A stretch of 64,000 nt of DNA from Escherichia coli. Lineage in GTDB: Bacteria > Pseudomonadota > Gammaproteobacteria > Enterobacterales > Enterobacteriaceae. Made by a program: the position numbers and the translations under genes. This document shows, in pieces, positions 1-16,719 of this stretch. Under the pieces are notes generated by a model. The model searched no databases, was not told the DNA's origin, and saw only the letters and a list, made by a program, of their open reading frames with translations. The stretch is from the NCBI RefSeq assembly GCF_044647545.1, contig NZ_CP172818.1; one strand, 5' to 3'. Position 1 is the stretch's first letter. Each line of letters starts with the position of its first letter.

Positions 1-45
1 CAGGCCACAAGGCCAATGAGATAATGAGGCCCTTTAGTCGATTGA

Positions 46-3294
<3,249 letters not shown>

Positions 3295-3322
3295 AGGCAG
3301 TACATTAAAACAAGGAGCGGCA

Positions 3323-4234
3323 ATGTATTACGGGTTTGATATTGGTGGAACAAAAATTGCGCTAGGCGTGTTTGATAGCGGTCGGCAGTTGCAGTGGGAA
3401 AAGCGGGTGCCGACACCGCGTGACAGCTATGACGCATTTTTAGATGCAGTGTGTGAGCTGGTAGCTGAAGCTGACCAACGTTTTGGCTGTAAAGGCTCTG
3501 TCGGCATCGGTATTCCGGGAATGCCGGAAACAGAAGATGGTACGCTGTATGCCGCCAATGTCCCCGCTGCCAGCGGTAAACCGCTGCGTGCCGACCTGAG
3601 CGCACGTCTTGATCGCGATGTACGCCTTGATAACGATGCCAACTGTTTTGCCCTTTCAGAAGCCTGGGATGATGAATTTACTCAATATCCACTGGTGATG
3701 GGGTTGATTCTCGGCACCGGCGTTGGCGGTGGGCTGATTTTCAACGGCAAACCGATTACCGGTAAAAGCTACATTACCGGCGAGTTTGGCCATATGCGTC
3801 TGCCGGTTGATGCGTTAACCATGATGGGGTTGGATTTCCCGTTACGCCGCTGCGGCTGTGGTCAGCATGGCTGCATTGAAAATTATCTGTCTGGTCGCGG
3901 TTTTGCGTGGCTGTATCAACACTATTATCATCAACCGTTGCAGGCTCCTGAGATCATTGCGCTTTATGATCAAGGCGATGAGCAGGCAAGGGCGCACGTT
4001 GAGCGTTATCTGGATTTATTAGCGGTTTGTCTGGGAAATATCCTGACCATTGTTGACCCTGACCTGGTCGTCATTGGTGGTGGCTTATCGAATTTCCCGG
4101 CAATCACAACGCAACTGGCGGACAGGCTGCCTCGTCATCTCTTACCTGTAGCTCGTGTTCCGCGCATTGAACGCGCGCGCCACGGTGATGCGGGGGGAAT
4201 GCGTGGTGCGGCCTTCCTACATCTAACCGATTAA
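3323..4234 (+). CDS. nagK: N-acetyl-D-glucosamine kinase (ROK family)
   Basis: Track ORF trimmed to ATG 3323, preceded by AGGAG. ROK motifs DIGGTKIA and Zn site CGCGQHGC. Confidence 0.93.
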
Positions 4235-4249
4235 TCAACAGAGGTTGCT

Positions 4250-5071
4250 ATGCTGTCGCGTCGGGGTCATCGGTTAAGTCGTTTTCGTAAAAATAAACGC
4301 CGTCTGCGCGAGCGTTTGCGTCAGCGTATTTTTTTCAGAGATAAAGTGGTGCCGGAAGCAATGGAAAAACCAAGAGTACTCGTACTGACAGGGGCAGGGA
4401 TTTCTGCGGAATCAGGTATTCGTACCTTTCGCGCCGCAGATGGCCTGTGGGAAGAACATCGGGTTGAAGATGTGGCAACGCCGGAAGGTTTCGATCGCGA
4501 TCCTGAACTGGTACAAGCGTTTTATAACGCCCGTCGCCGACAGCTGCAGCAGCCAGAAATTCAGCCTAACGCCGCGCATCTTGCGCTGGCTAAACTGCAA
4601 GACGCCCTCGGCGATCGCTTTTTGCTGGTGACGCAGAATATCGACAACCTTCATGAGCGTGCCGGTAACACCAATGTTATTCATATGCATGGGGAACTGC
4701 TGAAAGTTCGTTGTTCACAAAGTGGTCAGGTTCTCGACTGGACCGGAGACGTTACCCCAGAAGATAAATGCCATTGCTGCCAGTTCCCGGCACCCTTGCG
4801 ACCGCACGTAGTGTGGTTTGGCGAAATGCCACTCGGCATGGATGAAATTTATATGGCGTTGTCGATGGCCGATATTTTCATTGCCATTGGTACTTCGGGG
4901 CATGTTTATCCAGCGGCTGGGTTTGTTCACGAAGCGAAACTGCATGGCGCGCACACCGTGGAACTGAATCTTGAACCAAGTCAGGTCGGTAATGAATTCG
5001 CCGAGAAATATTACGGCCCGGCAAGCCAGGTGGTGCCAGAATTTGTTGAAAAGTTGCTGAAGGGCTTATAA
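4250..5071 (+). CDS. cobB: NAD-dependent protein deacylase, Sir2 family (CobB)
   Basis: 273-aa ORF with Sir2 motifs [14 protein letters not shown] and QNIDNLH plus Cys pairs for Zn. Basic N-terminal extension; internal Met at [13 protein letters not shown]. Confidence 0.93.
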   Translation: MLSRRGHRLSRFRKNKRRLRERLRQRIFFRDKVVPEAMEKPRVLVLTGAGISAESGIRTFRAADGLWEEHRVEDVATPEGFDRDPELVQAFYNARRRQLQQPEIQPNAAHLALAKLQDALGDRFLLVTQNIDNLHERAGNTNVIHMHGELLKVRCSQSGQVLDWTGDVTPEDKCHCCQFPAPLRPHVVWFGEMPLGMDEIYMALSMADIFIAIGTSGHVYPAAGFVHEAKLHGAHTVELNLEPSQVGNEFAEKYYGPASQVVPEFVEKLLKGL

Positions 5072-5083
5072 AGCGGGAAGCAT

Positions 5084-5180
5084 TGCCTGATGCGCTACGC
5101 TTATCAGGCCTACAAGGGGACGCAATTAATTGAATTTGCGGGTTTTGTGGGCCAGATAAGGCGTTCGCGCCGCATCCGGC
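5084..5180. repeat. REP/BIME-type extragenic palindromes
   Basis: gcctgatgcgctacgcttatcaggcctac (5084-5112) and gccagataaggcgttcgcgccgcatccggc (5151-5180) match the enterobacterial REP pattern. Lies between convergent cobB and ycfZ. Confidence 0.8.
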
Positions 5181-5208
5181 ATAATAGACGCACACTTTAC
5201 TGCCTCTT

Positions 5209-5997
5209 TTACCGTTTACTCGTCAATAACAACGCGGCAATAAACGTACAGACACCAATCAGCCCTGCCCAGAGCGGCGATATTCTGGTAATTGCAAAGC
5301 TATTATCGATATACAGGCATAAAGCCTGATAGCCCATATTGGCAACAGTCATCGCCACTGCAAACTTTAATGCATAATTAAGGCGCGTCGTGTAGTTAAA
5401 AAATGCCGTAAAGACGATGAATGCAACCGCCCAGGCAAAAAGGCCTAATGTCGTGGTACTGCCGGGAGGATCATTCTCCTGCTGTTGTCCGGGATGCGGA
5501 TAATATGTCAGTGGCGGCGTCGGTTGTTTTAATATCTGTGCTTGTAAAACAGCCAATGCATTATTGATTCCCTGATACCAGAGATCTACATGTAAATAAG
5601 CCAGAGTGTGATTTTCTACCAGAAGGCCGAGATGTTTATCGTCCATACTGCTTTCGACCTGGCCGTTGGTTATCATAATTAACCGTGGCTCGCGGGTAGT
5701 AAAGAGTAACAGAACACTTCCTTTTACATTACTCATTGAAGATGCCGCATGCGCCAGCATCGCTTTGCCATTTTGCCTGAGACTGGCTTCATTATTAATG
5801 TCGGGTAAAACCACAATAAACGGTACAACTCCGGTTTGTTGGCGAAAAAGTTCGGCTTTATGCGCGATCTCTTCAGCATCTGGTACAGTACCGGTAACAT
5901 CCGTAAAAAGTGTCTTCATTATTGGAATTAAGGGCTTACTGATTGCCGTCAGAGGCAGGAACATCAGTAAACTGAGCAGTATCATGATTTTTTTCAT
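5209..5997 (-). CDS. ycfZ: Inner-membrane protein YcfZ (function unknown)
   Basis: 262-aa ORF with signal-like N-terminus and C-terminal TM segments. Recognised as YcfZ. 4-nt overlap with ymfA. Confidence 0.85.
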   Translation of the reverse strand: MKKIMILLSLLMFLPLTAISKPLIPIMKTLFTDVTGTVPDAEEIAHKAELFRQQTGVVPFIVVLPDINNEASLRQNGKAMLAHAASSMSNVKGSVLLLFTTREPRLIMITNGQVESSMDDKHLGLLVENHTLAYLHVDLWYQGINNALAVLQAQILKQPTPPLTYYPHPGQQQENDPPGSTTTLGLFAWAVAFIVFTAFFNYTTRLNYALKFAVAMTVANMGYQALCLYIDNSFAITRISPLWAGLIGVCTFIAALLLTSKR

Positions 5998-6455
5998 GGG
6001 CGGGACTTCCGTTTCCTGCGTGTCTTTTTAGAGGAGGGCATACTGATTAATAAACCGACGGCGATAAAAATAACGCCCATAATGCCGATAAACCCCCATT
6101 TAAAAAAATTAACCCACGGGTTATTTATCTCAGCCTTTTCAGGATGTCCTGGAGAATAATAAACATTAACTTTATCGCCTTCGCTGTCTTCATAAAAATC
6201 GCTGCCAATACTCGAATTGAAAATTAGCGTGTAATCTGGCGTCGGACGAAAGGCAACGACGGGATACCACGAACCATTTTTACCCGTGCGATGAGAATGA
6301 CTGGAGTGCCAGACGGTATCAACAATGACGCCTTCAGTATGAATCGCGTCTTTGCTATAGGTGAACTGGTTATAAAAGATAACAACAGAAATGAGGATCA
6401 GTACCAGACCGATACCGAAGAATATACGAAAGAAAACTTTACTGTCCTGACTCAT
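5994..6455 (-). CDS. ymfA: Inner-membrane protein YmfA (DUF3592-like)
   Basis: Frame is open to 6497. I chose ATG 6455 (MSQDSKVFF) as the K-12-like start. Two TM segments flank a soluble domain. Confidence 0.75.
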   Translation of the reverse strand: MSQDSKVFFRIFFGIGLVLILISVVIFYNQFTYSKDAIHTEGVIVDTVWHSSHSHRTGKNGSWYPVVAFRPTPDYTLIFNSSIGSDFYEDSEGDKVNVYYSPGHPEKAEINNPWVNFFKWGFIGIMGVIFIAVGLLISMPSSKKTRRKRKSRP

Positions 6456-6512
6456 TAGCCACATCCTTGCTAAATAAAAAACGGGCGGTAATACCACCGC
6501 CCGCTTGCTGAA

Positions 6513-7559
6513 TTAACGTCCTGCTTTCAGCTTCTGATAATACTCTTCATAAATGCTGCTGGCTACGCCAACGTCATTCTGCCATTCACCATTTTTAATG
6601 GTTTCAGCATCCGGGTAGAGCGTTTTATCGTTCGCCACTTCCGGACTTAACAGCTTACGCGCCGCAAGGTTTGGCGTTGGATAACCGATAGTTTCAGCAA
6701 CCTGTTTTGCCACATCCGGGCGCAGCAGGAAGTTGATCAATTTCAGCGCGCCTTCTTTGTTTTTGGCATTTGCCGGGATCGCCAGGCTGTCCATCCAGAA
6801 AATGCCGCCTTCTTTCGGCCACACCACGTCAATTGGCGTACCCGACTGCCGTGCAACGAAAGCAGAACCGTTCCAGATCATGCCGAGGTTAACTTCGCCT
6901 TCCATATACGGGTTAGCGGGGTTATCGGAGTTAAACGCCGCGACGTTTGGCATCAGTTTTTTCAGCTCGTTGTATGCAGCTTCAATCTCTTTCGGATCGG
7001 TGGTGTTACCGGAGTAGCCTAGCTTACGCAGCGCCATCTGGAACACTTCACGGGCATCGTCGGTCAGCAGCAGGCTGCCTTTGTACTCAGGCTTCCACAG
7101 ATCGGCCCAGCTGGTAACGGATTTCGGATCTACCGCATCACCGTTAACGCCAATCGCCGTCGCCCCCCAGATATACGGAATGGAGTAATCGTTATTCGGG
7201 TCAAACGGCTTATTGAGCATGTCTGGATCGAGATTGCTGAAGTTCGTTAACTTCGACTTGTCGATCTTCTGGATCATCCCTTCTTTACGCATTTTATCGA
7301 CGTAATAGGTTGAAGGAACCACCAGGTCATAGGCACCGTCTTTGTACGTTTTCAGCTTGGCATACATGGTTTCGTTCGACTCGTAAGTCGAATAGATAAC
7401 CTTAATACCGGTTTCTTTGGTGAACTGTTCAAGCAGTCCTGGCGGCACGTACTCGGTCCAGTTGTAGAAATACAGCGTGTTGTTGTCATCGGCGTGAGCG
7501 GCGCTCATGCCCAGTGCCAGAGCACCCGCCGCGAGCAGGTGGCGTGACCATTTTTTCAT
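6513..7559 (-). CDS. potD: Spermidine/putrescine periplasmic binding protein PotD
   Basis: 348-aa ORF with signal peptide MKKWSRHLLAAGALALGMSAAHA. Recognised as PotD. Confidence 0.95.
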   Translation of the reverse strand: MKKWSRHLLAAGALALGMSAAHADDNNTLYFYNWTEYVPPGLLEQFTKETGIKVIYSTYESNETMYAKLKTYKDGAYDLVVPSTYYVDKMRKEGMIQKIDKSKLTNFSNLDPDMLNKPFDPNNDYSIPYIWGATAIGVNGDAVDPKSVTSWADLWKPEYKGSLLLTDDAREVFQMALRKLGYSGNTTDPKEIEAAYNELKKLMPNVAAFNSDNPANPYMEGEVNLGMIWNGSAFVARQSGTPIDVVWPKEGGIFWMDSLAIPANAKNKEGALKLINFLLRPDVAKQVAETIGYPTPNLAARKLLSPEVANDKTLYPDAETIKNGEWQNDVGVASSIYEEYYQKLKAGR

Positions 7560-8350
7560 TTAACGTCCCCTGTGTTACCTTTCGTTTTATCACGAGCAAT
7601 AAGCTGGCTGGCAATTACCATCACCAGCGACAGCACCAGTAATATGGTTGCCAGCGCGTTAACTTCCGGCGATACGCCGACTTTGACCATCGAATAAATT
7701 TTTAACGGCAGAATTTCATAACTCGGCCCGGTGACAAACGAAGAAACTACTACATCGTCCATCGACAGGGTAAAGCTTAACACCCAGCCCGCCGCTACCG
7801 CTGGCATTGCCAGTGGCAGAATGATTTTTCGCAGAATGGTAAATTCGCTGGCACCGAGATCTTTCGCCGCTTCCAGCATTCGCACGTCAAAACCTTTCAG
7901 GCGCGAATACACTGTCACTACCACAAATGGCAGGCAGAAGGTGATATGCGAGAACAGCAGCGACCAGAAGCCAAGCTGAATACCCAGCAGCATAAACAGC
8001 ACCAGCAGCGAAATCGCCATCACGATATCTGGTGACATCATCACCACAAACAGCATTCCGCTAACGAACGGCTTACCACGAAAGCGATAACGGTACAGCG
8101 CAACTGCCGTCAGTGAACCGATAAGCGTAGCAAACGTCGCCGAAAACACCGCCATTGTTAGTGAATGCTGCGCTGCCTGTAACAGGCTGTCGTTGTTCAT
8201 CAGCAGGCTATACCATTTGGTGGTAAAACCTTGCCAGTTGATGCCAAAGCGCGAGCTGTTAAAGGAGTTCACAATCAAAATAATGATTGGGATATACAGG
8301 TACGCGTAGATAGCGGTCATAAAACCGCCGCGAAGCAGTCGACCGATCAT
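7556..8350 (-). CDS. potC: Spermidine/putrescine ABC permease PotC
   Basis: 264-aa polytopic ORF. 4-nt overlaps with potD and potB. Confidence 0.95.
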   Translation of the reverse strand: MIGRLLRGGFMTAIYAYLYIPIIILIVNSFNSSRFGINWQGFTTKWYSLLMNNDSLLQAAQHSLTMAVFSATFATLIGSLTAVALYRYRFRGKPFVSGMLFVVMMSPDIVMAISLLVLFMLLGIQLGFWSLLFSHITFCLPFVVVTVYSRLKGFDVRMLEAAKDLGASEFTILRKIILPLAMPAVAAGWVLSFTLSMDDVVVSSFVTGPSYEILPLKIYSMVKVGVSPEVNALATILLVLSLVMVIASQLIARDKTKGNTGDVK

Positions 8351-9204
8351 TCGAGTTCCACCTTCTTATTCAGCAAACGAGAAGCGCGCCAGTAAACCAG
8401 CAACATCAGGCCCATTACGATAGTCAGCGTAATGCTGGTGGCTGCACCAAACGGCCAGTCACGAATATTGAGGAACTGTACTTTGATGACGTTACCGATC
8501 AGCAGGTTTTTCGCACCGCCCATCAGGTCGGACACATAGAACAGGCCCATCGCTGGCAGCATCACCAGCAGACATCCGGCAATAATCCCCGGCATCGTCA
8601 GTGGAATAATGATGCGGATAAAAGTCTGTAACTTGCTGGCACCGAGATCGCGCGCCGCCTCAAGCAACGGCTTATCCAGTTTTTCGATACTGGAGTACAG
8701 CGGCATCACCATAAACGGCAGCAGAATGTAAACCAGACCGATAATCACCGCACTGGGCGTGAACATGATGCGAATTGGTGTATCGATAACGCCCAGCCAG
8801 AGCAAAAACTCGTTGAGATAGCCTTTGGTGCTGAGGAAAATTTTCAGCCCGTAGATACGAATCAATGAGTTGGTCCAGAACGGAACAATCAGCAGAAACA
8901 GCAGCAGCGGACGCACCTTGTGTGGCAACTTCGCCAGAAACCAGGCAAAAGGATAGCCCAGCACCAGGCAGGCGAGGGTGGCGATCAGCGCCATATTCAG
9001 CGAGTGCAATAGCACTTCAAAATAGAGCGGATCGAGCAGACGCGTGTAGTTATCCAGCGTAAAGACCATTTTGACGAAACTGGCGTCGTCGCGGGTCAAA
9101 AAGCTGGTGCCAATGATCATCAGGTTGGGCAGAAAGACAAACAACACAAGCCAACCGACAATAGTGACAATCACTACATTCTGGAACTTACTTGTGTTCT
9201 TCAT
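8347..9204 (-). CDS. potB: Spermidine/putrescine ABC permease PotB
   Basis: 285-aa ORF. An internal start near 9174 would give the shorter form I recall for K-12. Polytopic permease. Confidence 0.9.
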
Positions 9205-10324
9205 CAGCCAGTACGACCTCCCAGCTTTCTACCCAATTAATGGCCATTTTTTGGTCGAGAGAGTGGTCAAAGTCAGGATCGTCTTCATTGAAGAATTCGC
9301 TGACCATCACCATCTTGCCATTTTCCAGTTCAACAACCGACTCCAGCGTCATGCCTTTGTAGTTACGCTCGCGAACGTAACCAATCAGCCCTTCAGCGTG
9401 GTTGTCGTCGTTAATCTCTTCAACACGTAAGTCTTCCGGGCGCAGCAGAACATGCAGTTTTTGCCCCGGTTCAACGGCGAAGTTAACGTAGATATTACAT
9501 TCGCGGCCTTCAACGTTGGCGCGTACGCGCTGCTCGTCGAGACGTTCGATGACAGTGGCGTTAAACATATTGATTTCGCCAATAAACCCAGCAACAAACA
9601 GGTTTTTCGGCTCTTCATAGATTTCACGCGGCGTGCCGTCTTGCTCAATGCGACCATCGCGCATCACCACGATCCTGTCCGACATGGTAAGTGCTTCTTC
9701 CTGGTCGTGAGTCACGAACACGAATGTAATGCCAAGCTTACGCTGTAACGCTTTCAGCTCGTTCTGCATTTGCTTGCGCAGTTTGTAATCCAGCGCTGAG
9801 AGCGACTCATCCAGCAACAACAGACGAGGCTTGTTAACCACCGCGCGAGCAATGGCGACGCGTTGCTGTTGACCACCAGAGAGCTGATGCGGTTTGCGTT
9901 GAGCGAAGGTTTCCAGCTGCACCATCCGCAGGGCTTCCATCACGCGGGGCGTAATTTCAGCAGCGGGGGTTTTTTGCATGCGCAACCCAAAGGCCACATT
10001 TTCGAACACGGTCATGTGGGGGAAAAGTGCGTAGCTTTGGAAAACAGTATTCACATAGCGGTTTTCCGCCGGAACGTGGGTGATGTCCTCGTTATCCAGC
10101 ATGATACGTCCGGAATCAACAGTTTCCAGACCTGCAATCAGGCGAAGAACGGTTGTTTTACCGCAGCCAGAAGGGCCAAGCAGCGTGAGGAACTCGCCAT
10201 TGTTGATAGTCAGATCCAGCTGGGGAATGACCTCTTTACCATCAAAGCATTTGCGAATTCCCGCCAATTGCACCAGCGGTGAAAGCGAACTCGGTTGTTT
10301 ATTCAATTTTTTACTCTGTCCCAT
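9188..10324 (-). CDS. potA: Spermidine/putrescine ABC transporter ATPase PotA
   Basis: 378 aa. Walker [10 protein letters not shown], signature LSGGQQQR, Walker B LLLLDE. Confidence 0.95.
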
Positions 10325-10504
10325 GTAAACGCAACGGATGGCTTACCGATGCGGGGTTTGTGGTTAACCACCTTGGTGACTCTTAATGAGGGCGGTAATT
10401 CTACGGCAAACCGCTTGAATCGCCAATCTTTGTTGTGAATTACTGGCTTAGCTTTATATTCATTAAGGTAATGCTGATAAATATTCCCGCTTGCAGGGGT
10501 AAAA

Positions 10505-10518
10505 GTGACCTGACGCAA
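10505..10518 (+). promoter_or_regulatory. Candidate hybrid FNR/CRP site upstream of pepT
   Basis: GTGACctgaCGCAA is a partial match to TTGAT-N4-ATCAA. It is centred about 30 nt upstream of an AT-rich -10-like taataat (10540-10546). Class II geometry is inferred only. Confidence 0.35.
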
Positions 10519-10573
10519 TATTTGTCTTTTCTTGCTTCTTAATAATGTTGTCACAAAAAGTGAGGGTGACTAC

Positions 10574-11800
10574 ATGGATAAACTACTTGAGCGATTTTTG
10601 AACTACGTGTCTCTGGATACCCAATCAAAGGCAGGGGTGAGACAGGTTCCCAGCACGGAAGGCCAATGGAAGTTATTGCATCTGCTGAAAGAGCAGCTCG
10701 AAGAGATGGGGCTTATCAATGTGACCTTAAGTGAGAAGGGCACTTTGATGGCGACGTTACCGGCTAACGTCCCTGGCGATATCCCGGCGATTGGCTTTAT
10801 TTCTCATGTGGATACCTCACCGGATTGCAGCGGCAAAAATGTGAATCCGCAAATTGTTGAAAACTATCGCGGTGGCGATATTGCGCTGGGTATCGGCGAT
10901 GAAGTTTTATCACCGGTTATGTTCCCGGTGCTGCATCAGCTACTGGGTCAGACGCTGATTACCACCGATGGTAAAACCTTGTTAGGTGCCGATGACAAAG
11001 CAGGTATTGCAGAAATCATGACCGCGCTGGCGGTATTGCAACAAAAAAACATTCCGCATGGTGATATTCGCGTCGCCTTTACCCCGGATGAAGAAGTGGG
11101 CAAAGGGGCGAAACATTTTGATGTTGACGCCTTCGATGCCCGCTGGGCTTACACTGTTGATGGTGGTGGCGTAGGCGAACTGGAGTTTGAAAACTTCAAC
11201 GCCGCGTCGGTCAATATCAAAATTGTCGGTAACAATGTTCATCCGGGCACGGCGAAAGGCGTGATGGTAAATGCGCTGTCGCTGGCGGCACGTATTCATG
11301 CGGAAGTTCCGGCGGATGAAAGCCCGGAAATGACAGAAGGCTATGAAGGTTTCTATCACCTGGCGAGCATGAAAGGCACCGTTGAACGGGCCGATATGCA
11401 CTACATCATCCGTGATTTCGACCGTAAACAGTTTGAAGCGCGTAAACGTAAAATGATGGAGATCGCCAAAAAAGTGGGCAAAGGGTTACATCCTGATTGC
11501 TACATTGAACTGGTGATTGAAGACAGTTACTACAATATGCGCGAGAAAGTGGTTGAGCATCCGCATATTCTCGATATCGCCCAGCAGGCGATGCGTGACT
11601 GCGATATTGAACCGGAACTGAAACCGATCCGCGGCGGTACCGACGGCGCGCAGTTGTCGTTTATGGGATTACCGTGCCCGAACCTGTTCACTGGCGGTTA
11701 CAACTATCATGGTAAGCATGAGTTTGTGACTCTGGAAGGTATGGAAAAAGCGGTGCAGGTGATCGTCCGTATTGCCGAGTTGACGGCGCAACGGAAGTAA
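10574..11800 (+). CDS. pepT: Tripeptide aminopeptidase PepT (M20 family)
   Basis: Track ORF trimmed to ATG 10574 ([12 protein letters not shown]), 408 aa. Metal-site motifs SHVDT and GADDKAG. Confidence 0.94.
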   Translation: MDKLLERFLNYVSLDTQSKAGVRQVPSTEGQWKLLHLLKEQLEEMGLINVTLSEKGTLMATLPANVPGDIPAIGFISHVDTSPDCSGKNVNPQIVENYRGGDIALGIGDEVLSPVMFPVLHQLLGQTLITTDGKTLLGADDKAGIAEIMTALAVLQQKNIPHGDIRVAFTPDEEVGKGAKHFDVDAFDARWAYTVDGGGVGELEFENFNAASVNIKIVGNNVHPGTAKGVMVNALSLAARIHAEVPADESPEMTEGYEGFYHLASMKGTVERADMHYIIRDFDRKQFEARKRKMMEIAKKVGKGLHPDCYIELVIEDSYYNMREKVVEHPHILDIAQQAMRDCDIEPELKPIRGGTDGAQLSFMGLPCPNLFTGGYNYHGKHEFVTLEGMEKAVQVIVRIAELTAQRK

Positions 11801-11808
11801 GCGAAAAG

Positions 11809-11833
11809 GGATGCGGCATGTGATGCCGCATCC
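11809..11833. terminator. REP-like hairpin between convergent pepT and roxA
   Basis: 11-bp perfect stem ggatgcggcat/atgccgcatcc with a 3-nt loop. Weak T-runs, so termination is inferred. Confidence 0.5.
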
Positions 11834-11848
11834 GGCTTAAATCCAAAC

Positions 11849-12970
11849 TTACCCTTCGAAGAACCAGTATCCGCTATTGACCAGCGCCGCGAGCATCGCG
11901 AGGAATGACGGATCTTCCAGCGCATCGCCAAAATTCTCCGCGGTCAGCGCAATGTTGCTGGCGAGCGCATCCAGTGCCGGACGGTGCGGGGAATCGATCT
12001 TCTCACCATTGGCATACACATCGTCGCCAATGCGCAATACGCGCAGACCCCCCAGGCGCACCAGCACATCACCTTGTTTCAGCGCATCGTAGATTTCATC
12101 CGGCTGATAAGGCGGCTCTGGCGGCGCGATATCCAGTTCATGACGTGACTGGGATATAAACTCGCCAAACCATTGCTTAAAATGTTCCGGCTGGTTGATC
12201 AATTCGAGCATCATCTCACGCAGTTTATCCATCTCTTGCGGCAGAACGTCCGCAGGATGAGCGCGAGGTGGAACATCAGGATCGCTGTAGTAGTTGCCGC
12301 CCAGTTCACGTTGCAGCACATAATCGGCAAATCCACTAATCAGTTCCCGCGTATTTGGCGCGCGAAAACCTACGGAATAGTTCATCGCATTTTCCAGCGC
12401 GTAGCCTTCATGCGGGAATCCTGGCGGAATATAAAGAATATCACCAGGCTCCAGCTCTTCATCGATGATGGCTTCGAACGGATCGACCTGTAACAGATCC
12501 GGATGTGGGCAGTGCTGTTTCATTTGCAGCTTTTCACCCACTCGCCAGCGACGACGTCCGGTACCCTGAATAATAAACACGTCGTACTGATCGAGATGTG
12601 GGCCGACGCCGCCGCCAGGTACGGAAAAAGAGATCATCAGGTCATCAATACGCCAGTCCGGTAGTTCACGGAACGGTCGCATTAGCGCGGCGGTCGGCTC
12701 ATGCCAGTGGTTCACTGCCTGTACCAGTAACGACCAGTTGGTTTCACCGAGATGATCGTAGCTTTCGAACGGGCCGTGGCTGACCTGCCATTTGCCATCC
12801 TGGTGACTGACCAGTCGACTGTCGACTTCGCTTTCCATCGCCAGACCCGCCAACTCGTCTGGAGAGATCGGGTCAATAAAATTATTAAAGCCGCGTTTTA
12901 ACACCACCGGGCGTTTCTGCCAGTGACGTTCAAGAAAATCGGGCCAGTTAAGAGTGAGTTGGTATTCCAT
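11849..12970 (-). CDS. roxA: Ribosomal protein uL16 arginine hydroxylase (JmjC/cupin), RoxA/YcfD
   Basis: Track ORF trimmed to ATG 12970 (MEYQLTLNWPDF). Cupin Fe-site region GVGPHLDQYD. Confidence 0.9.
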   Translation of the reverse strand: MEYQLTLNWPDFLERHWQKRPVVLKRGFNNFIDPISPDELAGLAMESEVDSRLVSHQDGKWQVSHGPFESYDHLGETNWSLLVQAVNHWHEPTAALMRPFRELPDWRIDDLMISFSVPGGGVGPHLDQYDVFIIQGTGRRRWRVGEKLQMKQHCPHPDLLQVDPFEAIIDEELEPGDILYIPPGFPHEGYALENAMNYSVGFRAPNTRELISGFADYVLQRELGGNYYSDPDVPPRAHPADVLPQEMDKLREMMLELINQPEHFKQWFGEFISQSRHELDIAPPEPPYQPDEIYDALKQGDVLVRLGGLRVLRIGDDVYANGEKIDSPHRPALDALASNIALTAENFGDALEDPSFLAMLAALVNSGYWFFEG

Positions 12971-13045
12971 GTTAAGCATCCACAGGCTGGTATCTGCAAC
13001 CGATTATAACGGATGCTTAACGTAATGCGTGAAGTATGGACATAT

Positions 13046-14506
13046 TTATTCATCTTTCGGCGCAGAATGCTGGCGACCAAAAATCACCTCCATCCGCGCA
13101 CCGCCCATCATGCTCTCTCCGGCGACGATTTTACCCTCATATTGCTCGGTGATTTCGCGGGCTACCGCCAGCCCCACACCTTGCCCAGGGCGTAAAGTAT
13201 CAACCCGTTGACCACGGTCGAAAATGACCTCTCGCTTGCTTAATGGAATACCGGGGCCATCATCCTCGACCACAATATAGAGATGCTCGTCGGTTTGCCT
13301 TGCAGAAATTTCGACAAACTCGAGGCAATATTTACAGGCATTATCCAGCACATTGCCCATCACCTCGACAAAATCGTTCTGCTCACCAACAAAGCTGATC
13401 TCTGGCGAAATATCGAGAGAGATATTGACCCCTTTGCGTTGATACACTTTGTTCAGCGCCGAGGTGAGATTGTCCAGCAGTGGGGCGACCGGATGCAGTT
13501 CGCGGCTGAGCAATGTCCCGCCGCGCATACTGGCACGATGCAGGTAGTAGCCAATTTGCTGTGAAATGCGGCTGATTTGCTCCAGCATTACCGGCTCAGC
13601 ATCACTGACGCTCATCTTCTCACTACGCAGAGAACGCAGCGTACTTTGCAGCACCGCCAGTGGCGTTTTCAGACTATGGGTCAGGTCGGTGAGCGTTGTA
13701 CGATATTTGTCGTAACGTTCGCGTTCACTTTTTAACAATCGGTTCAGGTTTCGTACCAGACTTGTCAGTTCTCGCGTTGTGGCTGGATTGAGCAATTCGC
13801 GGTTATGTTCTTCCAGTTCGCGGACTTCTTTTGCCAGGGCTTCGATGGGGCGTAAACTCCACCAGGCGGCGACCCACAGCAGCGGGATCACTAACAGCAG
13901 ATTGGCTGAGAGCACATAGATAAACCAGCTCCAGACCATATAGGAACTTTTTAGCTCCACCGGAATGGTATCCACCACCACAATGGTTAACTTTGGCATC
14001 CGCGATGTTGCCGGGTAGACGTTTACCGCCACCGAGTGGGTCATCTCCGCGTCGTCATCATCTTCCCGCACTTCCTGCAACTGTTGCTGTATCGAATGAT
14101 CTCCACTCAGCAAGAGGCTGGTATCGTTAACATCCGCTTCAATTTCATGAAAACCATTCGATTTCAGCCAGTCAGGCTGGATCATCTTCATCAGCCAGGG
14201 CACGTCACGTTGCGCCCATAAAAGCTGCCCGTTCTCATCATAAATTAGCGTCATGGTGGGGCTTTGCTTGTCGATATTTTCGGGTAACTCGACATGCAAC
14301 TTATTGTTTTCCCACTTCGCAAGGGTATAGAACAGATTGCTCTCGCCACGTAACAGCCGAAACGTAGTTTTATCGAAACTGACGCTATAACCGATCAGCG
14401 CGACCATTCCGTAGGCAAGCGAAAGCACCAGTACTACCGCTGCCGTTGCCAACAGAAAACGTACCCGCAGCGAGAGCGGGAAAAAAAGACGCAGTAATTT
14501 TTTCAT
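13046..14506 (-). CDS. phoQ: Sensor histidine kinase PhoQ
   Basis: 486 aa with two TM segments. H-box [12 protein letters not shown]-lid DDGPGI and GQGVGLAV. Confidence 0.96.
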   Translation of the reverse strand: MKKLLRLFFPLSLRVRFLLATAAVVLVLSLAYGMVALIGYSVSFDKTTFRLLRGESNLFYTLAKWENNKLHVELPENIDKQSPTMTLIYDENGQLLWAQRDVPWLMKMIQPDWLKSNGFHEIEADVNDTSLLLSGDHSIQQQLQEVREDDDDAEMTHSVAVNVYPATSRMPKLTIVVVDTIPVELKSSYMVWSWFIYVLSANLLLVIPLLWVAAWWSLRPIEALAKEVRELEEHNRELLNPATTRELTSLVRNLNRLLKSERERYDKYRTTLTDLTHSLKTPLAVLQSTLRSLRSEKMSVSDAEPVMLEQISRISQQIGYYLHRASMRGGTLLSRELHPVAPLLDNLTSALNKVYQRKGVNISLDISPEISFVGEQNDFVEVMGNVLDNACKYCLEFVEISARQTDEHLYIVVEDDGPGIPLSKREVIFDRGQRVDTLRPGQGVGLAVAREITEQYEGKIVAGESMMGGARMEVIFGRQHSAPKDE

Positions 14507-15177
14507 CAGCGCAATTCGAACAGATAGCCCTGGCCGCGAACGGTGGTAATCACTTCTTGCGGATATTGTGCCTGAATTTTTTTGCGCAGACGTCCCATCA
14601 GTACATCAATGGTATGGCTTTCCCGCAGCTCCGCATCCGGGTAGAGTTGTAGCATTAACGAATCTTTGCTGACCACTTTGCCATTATTGCGTATCAACGT
14701 TTCCATAATGGTGTATTCGAACGCGGTCAGTTTGATCACTTCGTCATTAATAGATAATTCACGGCGGGAGAGATCAACCTGAAACGGTGGTAGCGAAATG
14801 ACCTGTGAAGCCAGACCGCTATTACGCCGCATTAATGCCTGCATTCGCGCCATCACCTCTTCAATATGAAACGGTTTAGTCACGTAATCATCAGCACCGG
14901 CACTTAATACTTCGACTTTGTCCTGCCAGCTTTCACGGGCGGTTAATACCAGAATCGGCAGTGAAACATCATTGCTACGCCAGCGGCGAATCAGTGACAG
15001 ACCATCCTCGTCAGGCAATCCGAGATCGACAATCGCAATATCCGGTAAATGTTCATTGAGATAATAATCGGCTTCTTTGGCATCTTCTGCGTCATCGACC
15101 TGATGACCAGCATCCTGAATCTGAACTTTAAGGTGGTGACGTAACAACGCATTGTCTTCAACAACCAGTACGCGCAT
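14506..15177 (-). CDS. phoP: Response regulator PhoP (OmpR family)
   Basis: 223 aa with receiver domain (DLGLPDEDG) plus winged-helix C-terminus. ATGA overlap with phoQ. Confidence 0.96.
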   Translation of the reverse strand: MRVLVVEDNALLRHHLKVQIQDAGHQVDDAEDAKEADYYLNEHLPDIAIVDLGLPDEDGLSLIRRWRSNDVSLPILVLTARESWQDKVEVLSAGADDYVTKPFHIEEVMARMQALMRRNSGLASQVISLPPFQVDLSRRELSINDEVIKLTAFEYTIMETLIRNNGKVVSKDSLMLQLYPDAELRESHTIDVLMGRLRKKIQAQYPQEVITTVRGQGYLFELR

Positions 15178-15237
15178 TTTTATTTCTCCCTGTCTTAATT
15201 ATTAAAATAGTGTAACGCGATTATGTGGTTATGGGGG

Positions 15238-15254
15238 TAAACATTAAATAAACC
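15238..15254 (-). promoter_or_regulatory. PhoP box (autoregulated phoPQ promoter)
   Basis: The minus strand reads GGTTTAtttaaTGTTTA. This is a direct hexamer repeat with 5-nt spacer, about 60-77 nt upstream of the phoP ATG. Confidence 0.8.
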
Positions 15255-15310
15255 AGCGGGGGAGGGGAGGTAAAGTGAAAAAATAAAAAGCGGATAATCT
15301 TAATAAGCAG

Positions 15311-15333
15311 GCCGGACAGCATCGCTATCCGGC
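15311..15333 (-). terminator. REP-like hairpin downstream of purB
   Basis: gccgga...tccggc stem immediately 3' of the purB stop. Confidence 0.45.
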
Positions 15334-15345
15334 ACTGATACGAGT

Positions 15346-16719
<1,374 letters not shown>

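Noticed and set aside
10303-10554. 83-aa minus-strand ORF in the potA-pepT intergenic region.
   Set aside because: It overlaps the potA start and the pepT promoter. No RBS or motif is present, so it is most likely promoter DNA.
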